Shown: positions 36,121 through 49,745, numbered from the stretch's first letter. The stretch: DNA of 64,000 nt from Okamejei kenojei (GCA_035221665.1 CM069155.1:29450001-29514000), one strand, 5' to 3'. Numbers and translations: made by a program. Notes: generated by a model not told the origin, from the letters alone.

Positions 36121-37468
36121 TTAGCTAAATTCCTCCCTATCCATGTTTTTATTTTGGGGATTAATGTATTGTTGGTCAGTCAATGCATCGATCGCCCATC
36201 CCTATCTGCCATTGACAAGCTGGTGATAAACAACCTTGATGCTGTCTGACCTGCTGAGCTACTTCGGCTTTGTGTCTATCTTCAGCAACTATAATCTTGT
36301 GATGCCATTCTTGTTATAAATCCAAAGGTTGGATCAAGGAAGACTGAAATATGATATAGTTCCAAGCCTTGATGTGCTTGGAAGTTACATTGCAGACAAC
36401 TATGTTATTATGCAGAATAATCACAAAATGCTGAAGTAAATCAACGGGCAGGCAGAATCCCTGGAGACACGGGATAGGTGGCAGCTTCTGCACCAAGCGC
36501 CCAATGCACACCAGCACCTGCAGTTCCTGGACTCTGTGGAAGGACTTGGATAGTTTGGGGGATTTAGCTGAGTAGTGGGAGATGGAATACAGCACCACAA
36601 AGTGTGCAGTCATGCATTTGTGTAGCAGGAATAAAGGCATAAACTATTTTCTAAATGGGGAAATAATTCACAAATCGGAGATACAAAGGGACTTGGGAGT
36701 GCTGTTGCAGGATTACCAAAAAGTTAATTTGCAAGTCGAATCAGTAGGAAGGAATGTGAATGCAATGCTACGATTTATTTAGTGAGGGCTAGAATACAAA
36801 ACATGGATGTAATGCTGTAGCTTTATAAGGAACTGCTCAGACAGGATTTGGATTATTATGCACAGTTTTAGGCCCCATATCTGAGGAAATATGTGTTGGC
36901 TTTGGAGAGGGTCCGGAGGAGGTTTACGAAAATGATCTCATGATTAATTGGGTTAATAGGTGATGAGCGCTTGAATGCACAGGGCTTGTGTTCGCAAGGG
37001 TTTAGAAGGACGAAGGGAAACCTGATTGAAACTTACCAAATAGTGAAAGGCTTGTATAGAGTAAACGTGGAGAGGATGTTTCCATTGGTGGGAGAGTTTG
37101 GGGCCAGTGGCCATAGACTCAGCATTAAAGGACGTATCGTTAGAAAGGAGAAGAGGAGGATTTTTTTTAGTCAGAGGGTGGCGAGTCTTTGGAATCAATT
37201 GCCATAGAGCGGCATGGATATTTCTACAGAGAAACATTGAAATATAGAAAATAGGTGCGGTAGAAGGCCATTCGACCCCTCGAGCCAGCACCCCATCCAA
37301 TATGATCATGCCTATTCATCCATAATCAGTACTCCGTTCCTGCATTTCCCCCCATGTCCCTTGATCCCGTTAGCCCCAACAGCTATAACAAACGTTCTTG
37401 AAAACATCAAATTAATTGTCCTCCACTGCCTTCTGTGGCAGAGAATTCCAAAGATTGTGAAAACGTTT

Positions 37469-38521
37469 GAATAAGCATCATAATACAGATAAACGAACAA
37501 CTTATATTTGTGATATCCTTTTAGACAGCGAGGTACCATCGACGGAATCACACAGACATACATGGGAAAATTAATTAAGCCAACCCATAACGAAAGATAT
37601 TTGGGACAAAAGTTTACAATATATACATCAAAGCTTGTTAAATGCCAGACATGCTTTAATACAATTTAAAGTATTACACAGATTACATTACTCAAAAGCT
37701 AAACTGAATAGAATCATTCCACATGTCTCTCCTATCTGCGATAAATGTCAGCATCTAGAGGCTAACCTAACACATATAACCATACTTTTGCAAATTGTAT
37801 CCCATTACCTGCAAAAAAAAATCTGTTAAAATCGATTGCTCCAGAGAATATCCCGACTTCTGAGGGAAAAACGTAACATACTTTGCAAATATAAAAAAAA
37901 AATCTGGATTGAGATTTTTAGAATAACTTCTGAAGTTATTAATACTAAACTGGATCCGGACTCAAAACTAACAATATTTGGAATATCAGAACAAAGTTTA
38001 ACACTCACAACAAGCCAAAGAAATTTCCTAGATTACAGTATAATAATCGGGAAGAAATTAATATAAAAATTTTGGAAAGGCCCTATAACCCCCACAATTA
38101 AAATGTGGATCATGGAAATGTCGGAGACCCTACACCTGGAAAGAATCTGATTTGCCTTAATGGACAAACAAGAACTCTTTGTTAGAATATGGTCTTCTTT
38201 CATCGATTATTTAAAAGGGTAGATTGGTTCGGCAGGGGGACCTAACTAAAACTTGGACACAGGAACATGAAAAGTTATAATCTATATTCCTTGACCTTAT
38301 CTCCAACGATGTATTAATGGTAAATTATTCCATTCCTTATGATTTTATTTTTTGATTTTTCTTTTTTTCTCTTTTCTCTCTCTCTCTCTTTTTTTAATTA
38401 CTCTTAATCTATAAAAAAAACTAGGCAGAATGATTCAATTCATAATATTAATAATGTATGACTGATGTACTCGAAATACTTATACCATAATATGTGTTGC
38501 CCATATTTAAAAAAACCCCAA
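37469..38521 (+). mobile_element. 5'-truncated L1-clade LINE (zf-RVT end and A-rich tail) with a ~221-bp target duplication
   Basis: LIQFKVLHRLHYSKAKL...CDKCQHLEANLTH (37635..37829), A-rich tail at 38508-38525, and direct repeats at 37248-37468 and 38522-38743. Confidence 0.8.
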
Positions 38522-39440
38522 AAAATAGGTGCAGTAGAAGGCCATTCGACCCCTCGAGCCAGCACCCCATCCAATATGATCATGCCTAATCATCCATAAT
38601 CAGTACTCCGTTCCTGCATTTCCCCCCCATGTCCCTTGATCCCGTTAGCCCCAACAGCTATATCAAACTCTCTTGAAAACATCCAATGAATTGGCCTCCA
38701 CTGCCTTCTGTGGCAGAGAATTCCAAAGATTGTGAAAAAGTTTCTCCTCATCTCAGTCCTAAATGGCCTAACCCCTCATTCGTAATCTGTGACGCCTGGT
38801 TCTGTTCACCCCCAACATCAGGAAAACAAATTCTGTCTCTAGTCTGTCCAATCCATTCAGAATTTCATATGTTTCTATAAGATCCCCTCTCATCCTAATT
38901 TTAGTGAATACCAGCCCAGTCATCCAATTCTTTCATCATATGTCAGTCCCGCCATCCCGGGAATTAACCTGGTGAATTTATGCTGCGCTCCGTCAATAGC
39001 AATAATGTCCTTCCTCAAATTAGGGTCCAAAACGGCACACAATAGTCCCAGGTGTGGTCTCATCAGGGCCCTGTACAGCTGCAGTAGGACCTCCTTGCTC
39101 CTATTCTCAAATCCTCTCACGATGAAGGCCAACATGCCATTTCCTTCCTTTCTGCCTGCTGTACCTGCATGCTTACATTCAGTGACTGATGTACAAATGA
39201 CTGATGTACATGGCCTCGTTGCACCTCACCTTTTCCTAATCTTACACAATTTAGATAATAATCTGCTTTCTTGTTCTTGCCACCAAAGTAGATATCCTTA
39301 CATTTACCCTCATTATACTGCATCTGCCATGCATCTGCCCACTCACCCAACCTATCCAAGTCACCCTACAGCCCCATACCACCCTCCTCGCAGCTCACGC
39401 TGCCATCAAACTTTGTGTCATCCGCAAACTTGGAGATGTT

Positions 39441-41204
39441 TGAAACATAGAAACATAGAAATTAGGTGCAGGAGTAGGCCATTCAGCCCTTCGAGCCTGC
39501 ACCGCCATTCAATATGATCATGGCTGATCATCCAACTCAGTATCCCGTACCTGCCTTCTCTCCATACCCTCTGATCCCCTTAGCCACAAGGGCCACATCC
39601 AACTCCCTCTTAAATATAGCCAATGAACTGGCCTCAACTACCCTCTGTGGCAGAGAGTTCCAGAGACTCACCACTCTCTGTGTGAAAAAAGCCTTTCTCA
39701 TCTCGGTCTTAAAGGATTTCCCCCTTATCCTTAAGCTGTGACCCCTTGTCCTGGACTTCCCCAACATCGGGAACAATCTTCCTGCATCTAGCCTGTCCAA
39801 CCCCTTAAGAATTTTGTAAGTTTCTATAAGATCCCCTCTCAATCTCCTAAATTCCAGAGAGTATAAACCGAGTCTATCCAGTCTTTCTTCATAAGACAGT
39901 CCTGACATCCCAGGAATCAGTCTGGTGAACCTTCTCTGCACTCCCTCTATGGCAATAATGTCCTTCCTCAGATTTGGAGATCAAAACTGTACGCAATACT
40001 CCAGGTGTGGTCTCACCAAGACCCTGTACAACTGAAGTAGAACCTCCCTGCTCCTGTACTCAAATCCTTTTGCTATGAAAGCTAACATACCATTTGCTGT
40101 TTTCACTGCCTGCTGCACCTGCATGCCTACTTTCAATGACTGGTGTACCATGACACCCAGGTCTCGCTGCATCTCCCCTTTTCCTAATCGGCCACCATTT
40201 AAATAATAGTCTGCTTTCCTGTTTTTGCCACCAAAGTGGATAACCTCACATTTATCCACATTATACTGCATCTGCCAAACATTTGCCTACTCACCCAGCC
40301 TATCCAAGTCACCTTGCAGTCTCCTAGCATCCTCCTCACAGCGAACACTGCCCCCCAGCTTAGTGTCATCCGCAAACTTGGAGATATTGCCTTCAATTCC
40401 CTCATCCAGATCATTAATATATATTGTAAATAGCTGGGGTCCCAGCACTGAGCCCTGCGGTACCCCACTAGTTACTGCCTGCCATTGTGAAAAGGACCCG
40501 TTTACTCCTACTCTTTGCTTCCTGTTTGCCAGCCAGTTCTCTATCCACATCAATACTGAACCCCTAATACCGTATGCTTTAAGTTTGTATACTAATCTCT
40601 TATGTGGGACCTTGTCGAAAGCCTTCTGGAAGTCCAGATATACCACATCCACTGGTTCTCCCTTATCCACGCTACTAGTTACATCCTCGAAAAATTCCAC
40701 AAGATTCGTCAGACATGATTTACCTTTTGTAAATCCATGCTGACTTTGTCCAATGATTTCACCACTTTCCAAATGTGCTGCTATCCCATCTTTAATAACT
40801 GACTCTAGCAGTTTCCCCACAACCGATGTTAGACTAACTGTCTGTAATTCCCCGTTTTCTCTCTCCCTCCCTTCTTAAAAAGAGGGGTTACATTTGCTAC
40901 CCGCCAATCCTCAGGAACTACTCCAGAATCTAAAGAGTTTTGAAAGATTATCACTAATGCATCCACTATTTCCTGAGCTACTTCCTTAAGTACTCTGGGA
41001 TGCAGCCTATCTGGCCCTGGGGATTTATCGGCCTTTAATCTATTCAATTTACCCAACACCACTTCCCGACTGATCTGGATTTCACTCAATTCCTCCTTTG
41101 ACCCACAGTCCCCTGCTATTTCAGGCAGATTATTTATGTCTTCCTTAGTGAAGACGGAACCAAAGTAGTTATTCAATTGGTCCCCCATATCCTTGTTCCC
41201 CATG
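39441..41204 (-). mobile_element. Young 5'-truncated CR1 LINE nested in an older CR1 fragment
   Basis: CATAGAAA tail at ~39445 and long clean RT ORFs at 39537..40820. ATGTT flanks both ends (39436-39440, 41202-41206). Absent from the paralogues at ~1778 and ~56858. Confidence 0.88.
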
Positions 41205-42664
41205 TTACTTTTAGTTCCCTCATCTAGATCGTTAATATACATTGTAAATAACTGGGGTTCCAGCACTGAGCCTTGCGGCACCTCACTAGTCATTGACTGC
41301 CATTCTGAAAAGGGCCCATTAATTCCTTCTATTTGCTTCCTGCCTGCCAACCAGTTCCTTATCCATGTCAATACCCTACTCCCCATACCATGTCCTCTAA
41401 TTTTGCACACTAATCTCTTGTGTGGGACCTTGTCAAAGGCTTTTTGAAAGTCCAGATACAACACATCAACTGGCTCTCCCTTTTCCATTCTACTTGTTAC
41501 ATCCTCAAAGGTTTCCAGAAGATTAGTCAAGCATGATTTCCCCTTCATAAATCCCTGCGGACTTTGTCCGATCCCTTCATTGCTTTCCAAATACGCTGCA
41601 ATTACATCTTTAATAATTTAATAATTTTTAAATTGAGATTGACAGATTATTGATTGGTGCAGGGAGTACGGAGATAATACATGAGAATGGGGTTGAGGAG
41701 TTAAGATGGATCAGCCATGATTGAATGGTGGAGTAACCTTGATGGGCCGAATGGCCTAATTCTGCTCCTAGAACAATGAATTTATGAACATGAATTATGC
41801 GTTTGGTTCTTGAATGCCTTGGTGACCATTTTGTTGAGGTTATACATAAGGGGACTGATTAGAATGCATTCTGTTGATGGCACAGAATGTGGGCTTGTTG
41901 CACTTGTGGCAAAGAGAGGCAAAGAATGGGATTATGCCATTAGATCAAAAACTTAATCCTGTAAAATGACGCACTTCTTGAACGTTGTAGGAGCTGAAGT
42001 AATCACAACATGTGGCGAGGATATGATCACAGCCATATTGCTATTTTTTAAGCATTATCAGAGTCTTAAAAATTTGGTATTGAGTGGGGAACTGGAATGG
42101 GATGGAATGGAAATAGATTATTTTGGTTGCAACCCGATCTTTATTATAGAAAATACGATACAATATTCATAAAGCAGTAAATCTCACGCCCTTTTGCTCG
42201 TTAAGCGTGAACTGATATAGACGGTGGTTAATAATAAGAAGTCACATGAATTTCTCCTCTTCCAGATTCCTGTTTGCTATAGCTTGGCTGGAGAACTCAA
42301 AACTCCTGGCACCTTTCGGGATCATGATCTAATGTGCAGTCTTTCTCTCTCTCTCTCATGAAAGTGAGTTTTGTGAGCTGGATCTAAACATACATTTATA
42401 CAATCAATAAATCTGATTGTATCAACAAAAGTAAACTCAGTTTTAAAACTGGATGTTCTTCTTTGTACTCAAGAAACAATAAGCAATTTATTAAATCAAG
42501 GGCCGAGCTAATGTCAGATGTCTATAAGAATGAAATTGAGATATCCCGATAGACATCTGGAAGTGCAGTGGGGTCAACACTCTTTTTTTAGTACACCATG
42601 TCCACTTTCTTGACTGTTAAACATTAGACAATCCTTCATCAATGCTCACTGCTCAATCTTTGAC

Positions 42665-44770
42665 ATGAAATTGACATGGATAGAGAATTGGTTGGGAAAC
42701 AGGAAACAAAGAGTTGGAATAAACGGGTCCCTGTCAGAATGGCCGGCAGTGGCGAGTAGAGTGCCGCAAGGCTCGGTGTTGGGGCCGCAACTATTTACAT
42801 TACATATTAATGATTTAGATGATGGGATTAAAAGTAACACCAGCAAATTTGCAGATGACACAAAGTTGGGTGGCATTGTGAACTGTGATGAAGATGCTAG
42901 GAGGTTGCAGTGTGACTTAGACAGGTTGAGTAAGTGGGAAGATGCATGACAGCTGCAGTATAATGTAGATAAATGTGAGTTGATCCTCTTTAGCGGCAAG
43001 GAGGCAAATTATTATCTCAAAGGTGTCATATTAGGAAAAATGGAAGTGCAGCGAGACCTGAGTGTCCTTGTACACCAGTCAATTAAAGAAAACATGCAGG
43101 GACAGCAGGAAGTGAAGAAAGCTAATGGCACGTTGGCCGTCATAACTAGAGGATTTGAGTAGAGGACTAAATAGGTCCTTCTGCAGTTGAGCAGGGCCCT
43201 GTTGAAACCACATCTGGAGTATTCCGTGCGGTTCTCCTAATTTATGGAAGGGCATCCTTGCTATTGAGGCAGTGCAGCTAGGTTCAAGAGGTTAATCCCT
43301 GGCATCACGGGACTGTCAACTGAGGAAAGTTTCGAAATATTGGGCTTGTATTCACTGGAAGTTAGAAGGAGGGGATCTTATAGAAACATATACTATCTAG
43401 ATCCAGGGGCCACAGTCTAAGAATAAAGGGGAGGCCATTTAAAACTGAGAGGAAAAGAAAGGTCTCCCAGAGAGTTGTGAATTTGTGGAATACTCTGCAA
43501 CACAAGGCAGTAAAGGCCCATTCACTGGATGAATTTAAAAGAGTCAGATAGAGCTCTCAGGGTTAGCGGAATCAAGGTGATATGGGGAGAAGGCAGGCAA
43601 GGGTTACTGATTGTGGATGATCAGCCATGATCAGAATGAATACCGGTGCAGGCTCGAAGGGCCAAGGCCTCCTCCTGACCTAATTTCTATGTTTCTATCA
43701 CACTTGGTCACATCTAATTCTTCAAAGTTATTCATTTGTAGGATGATTGCGTCTCTGGGAACGCAGCATTTATTGCCCATCCAAAAGAGTGAACACAGAG
43801 ACACAAGGAACTGCGGATGCTGGAATCATGATAAAACACAAAGTGCTGGAGTAACACGGGGTGTGCCTCATGGTTCGGTGCTGGGCCCGTTAATGTTTGT
43901 CATTTATATCAATGATTTGAATGAGATCATACTCTGTAAGATTAGCAAGTTTGCAGATGATACAAGCGTGGGAGGTTTTGCAGATAGTGGAGATGGTTGT
44001 GAAAAAGTGCAGCAGGATCTTGATCAATTGGCCAGGTCGGCTGAGGAATGGTTGATGGAATTTAATGCAGATGAATGTGAAGTGTTGCATTTTGGGAAGT
44101 CTAATATGGGCAGGACCTAAGCAGTCGACGGTAGATCGGGTGGTCAAAAAGGCTTTTTGCACATTGGCCTTCATCAGCCAGAGTAATGAGTATAGAGGTG
44201 GGGAGGTCTTGTTGCAGATGTATAAGACGTTGGTGATGCCGCATTTAGATTATTGTGTTCAGTCTGGGCACCATCTTATCGGAAATATTTCGACAAGCTG
44301 GAAAGGGTACAGAGAAGATTTACGAGGATGTTGCCAGGACTACAGGGTCTGAGCTATAGGGAGAGGTTGAGTAGGATGGGACACTATTCTTTGGAGCACA
44401 GGAAGATGAGGGGACATCTTATAGAGCTGCTTAGGGTCCTGAGTGGAATAGATCGGGTAGATGTACAGTCTCTTGCCTAGAGTAGCTGAATCGAGGACCA
44501 GGTTTATGGTGATAGGGCAAAGATTTAATATGAATCTGAGGGTAACTTTTTCCCACAGAGAGTGGCGGGTGTATGGAATAAGCAGCCAGAGGATGTCGTT
44601 GTGCCAGGGACTATCCCAACGTTTAAAACAAAAACAGATAGACAGATACATGGATATGATAGATTTGGAGGGATATGGACTCAATACGGGCAGGTGGGAC
44701 TAGTGTAGATGGGACATGTTGGCCGATGTGGGAAAGTTAGACCGAAGGGCTTGAATCCACACTCTTTGTC
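42665..44770 (+). mobile_element. Degraded CR1 fragments (paralogue of 9890-11640)
   Basis: ORFs 42665..42949, 43611..44120 and 44253..44480 carry CR1 RT motifs. Confidence 0.75.
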
Positions 44771-45902
44771 TCTATGGGTGATCATGCAGTACCTACGGAT
44801 CGGCATTTGGGGAAGTAATAATGAACATCCATGAACCAGTGCGATCTTTCGCGTGTTCATTTTCTCACGGTATTCCACGTTGTTAGTTGAAAACGTGCAG
44901 CAGTGATAGAAGGATGAGAACGGTGAGAGCAGGGACCTGTGTAAATAAACATTGGGTAAACTTACTAGTCGTAGTGACATGCCTACGTTCAGAGTGGCTT
45001 ATGCGCGCAATTGCAGCTCATTCTGTAGATGTTACAAACTGTAGTCACTTTAGTTTAATTTGGAGATGCAGCGCGGAAACAAGCCCTTCTGCCCACTGAT
45101 CAACAGTCCCCGCACATTAACATTATCCGACACACTTTAGGGACAATATATAATTTTACCAAGCCAATGAACCTACCAATTTGTCTTTGTAGTGTGGGAG
45201 GAAACCGGAGCTTCCTGGGAAATCCCAGGCAGTTCATGAGGAAAACGTAGTGGTGAAAGGATGAACGGTTAAGTTAACGGATGGCTGACCAGTCATGTGC
45301 GCTGCAAACTTAATATAGTTGAATGACAATTTAAGGACAATTATTCATGATAATTATTTTTCTCACCCGCTATTTCCCGAAAACCTCTCTTCGCGTTTCT
45401 CCCTTGTCAGTTTTACAAGATGGCTGGTGTGCCCGTATTCCATTCAACTTTAATTGAATATGGATGTGCTGTGTGTAAAATTCCTGTCGTCCTGTCGTAC
45501 TACAAAGTCGAAAGAACTCTGGAAGTGGTCGGTGAGAGCCAATATGACCCCTTTTACTTCACTCATATATGCATTAATTTGGTACTGGAAAACCTTCCAT
45601 TTTGAGTCGTGGCAAGTTGTGCGATTTACAGCGCATTACATTATGAGAGTATCACAGACCGCTTTTCCAAACACGACACACATCGATCAGTCAAAATAGC
45701 CTCCAAAACGGCAACTTTACTGACATTTGTAGTGATGTTCTGTCTCCTCAGGTCCTTTTTAAATTATCTGATACACAAGTAGAAAGGCAACCAGTGGGGT
45801 TTATGATTTCTGCAATTACAAAGATATCAAGATTTAATGTTTTTTTTTAATAAAACAGTGCTGAGGAGGTAACTGTGATCATGTTATATTCAGCGATACG
45901 GA

Positions 45903-45962
45903 GGTAGACAAAAGTGCTGGACAAACTCAGCGGGTGAGGCAGCATCCGTGGGGCGAAGGAAA
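45903..45962 (-). mobile_element. 60-nt Penelope-type insert with a 13-bp TSD upstream of cluster 2
   Basis: TSD TCAGCGATACGGA at 45890-45902 and 45963-45975, single-copy at 12759-12771 and in cluster 3. It has the same 3' end (TTTTGTSTACC) as the 1499-1595 insert. Confidence 0.75.
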
Positions 45963-46239
45963 TCAGCGATACGGATTCAGTTGGTCCGTTTAGATAAATA
46001 TTTATATTCCGTTTTCATTGGTGATTAAACAGCTACCGTATATAATATTTAAAACTCGCAATCTGTTTAGTGTATATATGCGGAGGGGTGATACAGAAAA
46101 TTAGAGATTGTTTGTTTATAATGAAGGGGCAACTACGGCAATCCTTTTCATTCCGCTGTATGTATGAGAACGCATGAAGCATTTTGGAAATACAAGTCTC
46201 TAAAATAAGACCTGCGTGTTTCACAGTGGCGAATATTTT

Positions 46240-46342
46240 GAGGAAGAATCTGGCAATTTCTGATTGGCTTCGACGAGCATACCGGTTTGATTGGTTTGGA
46301 GAGATAAACACACGGTGACATCTCGTCATTCCATTTATAAAG
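46240..46342 (+). promoter_or_regulatory. Cluster 2 IgL proximal promoter
   Basis: Same ETS, two ATTGG boxes, GATAAACA and TGACA..CGTCA arrangement as cluster 1, with TATAAA at 46336-46341. Confidence 0.7.
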
Positions 46343-46416
46343 AGAGCCAGAGAGCAAGATTACACGCCACTCGTCCTGGAAACTGCCGCCCTATCGGACT
46401 CAGTCGGTTAATGAAA

Positions 46417-46465
46417 ATGTCTTATTGGATCCGTGTGATCGGTGCGTTGGTTTTTTGCACAGTTT
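46417..46465 (+). CDS. IGL: IgL cluster 2 leader exon (MSYWIRVIGALVFCTV)
   Basis: Signal peptide with donor GTGAGT at 46466. Confidence 0.9.
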
Positions 46466-46584
46466 GTGAGTATTTTACATCCTGGACATTTTACTTATTT
46501 CTGTTCACCATTAATTTGGGGGTATCTCCCACACTTCAAGAAACTGAACAATTTTCTTTTTTTCTGATAATTCTCTTTTCTCAG

Positions 46585-46929
46585 ACTTAAGCGCGGCAGT
46601 TACAGTAAGTCAGCCGCCTTCGATGTCCACCTCTACCGGACAGAAAATACAAATATCCTGTACCATATCGGGTTCCAGTACAGGCATTAAATATGCCTCC
46701 TGGTACCAACAGATTCCTGGAAAAACTCCCAAGTTTCTATTATACTATCATTCAAGTGGCAGCATTTATAAAGGCAGGGACTTTCCAGACCGTTTCTCCG
46801 CCTCAATGTCAGGCAACACGGGAACATTCGAAATATCGAACGTTCAACCGGAAGATGCTGCGGACTATTACTGTGCCAAATGGGAAGATGGTTATTTTTT
46901 TGGTAGAGGAACGAGGCTGGGTATTGGCG
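46585..46929 (+). CDS. IGL: IgL cluster 2 germline-joined VJ exon
   Basis: Acceptor ends at 46584. Reads ISC...WYQQ...EDAADYYCAKWEDGYFFGRGTRLGIG, with donor GTAAGT at 46930. Confidence 0.95.
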
Positions 46930-47911
46930 GTAAGTAAAATATATTCTTTCGGGCAGCGCGCAGTTTTCTTTTTATTTTAATGCAGATATTGCTTGATTTT
47001 ATGCCATAATTTCACATTATACTTGATCCTGCCAGCTGTATTTCAGTGCAGATAGTGCGGCCTTGCTATACAGTTGTTCCGAGTTCACTTGGACATAACT
47101 TAGTGAAATGACTGCAAAAGCGAGCTAATGATTTGTCTTGAGCTTTTACAATCGAACAATCAATCCAATTTCTCAACAAAAGTATTTTGTGACCAGGGAA
47201 CCACGGGACTGCGGGCAGCAAAGTTAATATTCAACACTGTCAAAATTCCGGTTGACGGGTTTAAGAAGGATATCAAAATGCGAAATGCGAAAGGAGAAAG
47301 TTTCGCACTGTTCCTTCAGAAATTTTGGTTAATACGTAGAGCATACTTTCGTGGACGCAGCAGTGCATTTCAAATATAAATGCATATTCGAACTACAATG
47401 TCATCCTTGCTTGTGAACGACATCTGCGAATCTGTAACCGTGGCTTTCGAAGACTAATTTCCTTATATTTTTGCCGAACTTAAATAGCCGTCTCAATGTG
47501 TGCAGACAATAAGTTGAAATCTGTTATAATAAATGACGCTGCCGCGAATCGTTTATATTTGCTGATATATTTATATAAATGTAAAGTCCGAGATGTGTAG
47601 TAAAATGAACATTATAAAAGTTATAATAATATATTCAGTTTTATAAAATTGTGCAGTCATGGTCTATCATACAAGCTTTCCAGGAGTTTATGACTCGGGT
47701 AGACAGGATTTATTCTAGTTGCTTTCACGTACTTTATTTATTGTTCACCCAATTAAAACAAAAACCCACTACAATAGTTGGAAATAGGTCGAGAATAAAA
47801 GGACATTTCTATAACTGAATAAACGAGTGCTTTAATGAGATGTATTTTCGGCAAATAATGATATCTCGACGACAACATTTCTCCAATTAAATGTGACTTC
47901 TTATTTAACAG

Positions 47912-48234
47912 CTCCTCGGGCACCGATCGTGACGGTCCTCCCGCCTTCAGCCGATGAAGTTACCTCAAAGGGCACCGCCACCCTGGTGTGCTTGGTGAAC
48001 GGGTTTCATCCGGGCTCGGTGGCTGTTGAGTGGACAGTCGACGGCGGTGTAAAAAATAGCGGCGTTGAGACCAGCCCGATCCAACAGGATAAGGACAACA
48101 CCTTCAGTCTCAGCAGTTACCTGACTCTGACAGCCTCAGACTGGAATTTACACGAGCTTTACTCATGTGTGGTTAAACACCAGACTCAGGCAAACCCACT
48201 TAAGACAAATATCATGAGATCCAGCTGTATCTGA
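47912..48234 (+). CDS. IGL: IgL cluster 2 lambda-like constant exon (intact)
   Basis: Acceptor TAACAG ends at 47911, in phase with J. Reads PRAPIVTVLPPS...LVC...W...YSC...RSSCI*. Confidence 0.95.
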
Positions 48235-48412
48235 TGTTTGAAGCGTGTGCTGACTCCCCAAAGTTAGTTAATCACCATTGGGTTCTTCCATGTGACAAAG
48301 TTAGTCTTTGTCTTTCTGAATATTCATAAAGAAACGCCATTTATAGCTGAAACCTTGATTTTTATGACGTATTCGCTTTAAATGTAGTTCTTTCGAAAGA
48401 ATATTGTTCATG

Positions 48413-48418
48413 AATAAA
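48413..48418 (+). terminator. Polyadenylation signal, cluster 2
   Basis: AATAAA positionally conserved with cluster 1. Confidence 0.75.
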
Positions 48419-49557
48419 GCATCGTCGAATCAATTGCGTTAACTAAAAGCGTGTATGTTGCTATTGTATCCAAGGTATTCTTTGCAGACGTTGAGTAAAG
48501 TTTTAAAACTATTGTCAAATGCATTGCTGATTCTCTTTGATTTATTTCTGACCCCAAACATGACGACTTAATACGGATTGTGCTGTCTTCTACATTTGAG
48601 CAAGAAACACTGATTTTTACCCCCTCAAACGCGAACTCGAATTACAATCGTAAAGCAGTAGCGAGTTTGTCCCACTCGTCAAGTTACATAATGCGTTCCA
48701 AACCAATCGTGACAAACGTGATCTCAACGCCAAAAAGAATCCCAAATATTGGCAGAAAATGCTGTTAATACTCAGCCCGCGAGGCGGCCTGAAGTGAGAA
48801 ATTGATTTGACGTCTCAGGTTGTTCTTTTGGTCAAAAACGTCCCTACCAACCCCACACCTTCAGGGTTTAAAGGATTTGTTAATTATGTTTTCGTTCGTA
48901 AGTTGTACCGTTACATACTGTAGATAAAGGCAAGATATGTGCACACCTGGAAATGTACCGGAAACTACATTAATTCCCAACATATCAGCAAGATTTTGTT
49001 AAACTGATTGTTTGTTCCCACCTCCACTTTACACTATCCATACTCTGCACCGCACCTCCATCCTTTATCACCGAAGACATTGACATTAGCCAACGACGGG
49101 ATTTGTATTCCAATTACGCTTAAGCTGTTGTTATCATGCACTGTTTTATCACAATCATCGCTGTGGGTTGTATTTTTTTCTGAGGGAGTAAACTGCAAAG
49201 ATTGAATCTTCCTCGCCTTTCCATCTGTTCCTCTAGAGTCCAACGATCCATCAATATCAGACGATCAGCTTTGAATTGTTCCAATGACGGGACATTCAAA
49301 GCCATCCAACAAAGAGGATTCCAATGATTTACAACCTTCTCTGCGAAGACATTCCACTTTATTTCACCCCCAACACAGCCAGATCCAGGATTATATTAAA
49401 TCCCGTTATCCAGGGCTCTCTTGTTCATCCCTCTCCAAATAAGTATTTATTTTGCAATTAGTTCTCCTCTCTTTCTTCGAAACTCGCAGATAATCTTCTG
49501 CAGCCCAATTGAAATACACTGCCCGGGTTGCAGATTAAAGAAATACGTCATGAGTAG

Positions 49558-49745
49558 GAAGGAACTGCAGATGCCGGTTTAAACCGAAGATAGACATAAA
49601 TACGTTGGAGTAATTCATTCGGGTCAGACAGCATCCCTGGAGATAAGAAATGGCTGACGTTTCGGGTCGAGAGCTTCTTCAGAACCTTCATCTACTGCTT
49701 TTCTCCGGAGATCCTGTCTGACCAGCTTTTTATATTTATCTTCAA
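49558..49745 (-). mobile_element. Penelope-type terminal repeat with a hammerhead-like core
   Basis: The reverse complement of 49656-49682 is CTGAAGAAGCTCTCGACCCGAAACGTC. Stem II is weakened. Confidence 0.6.
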
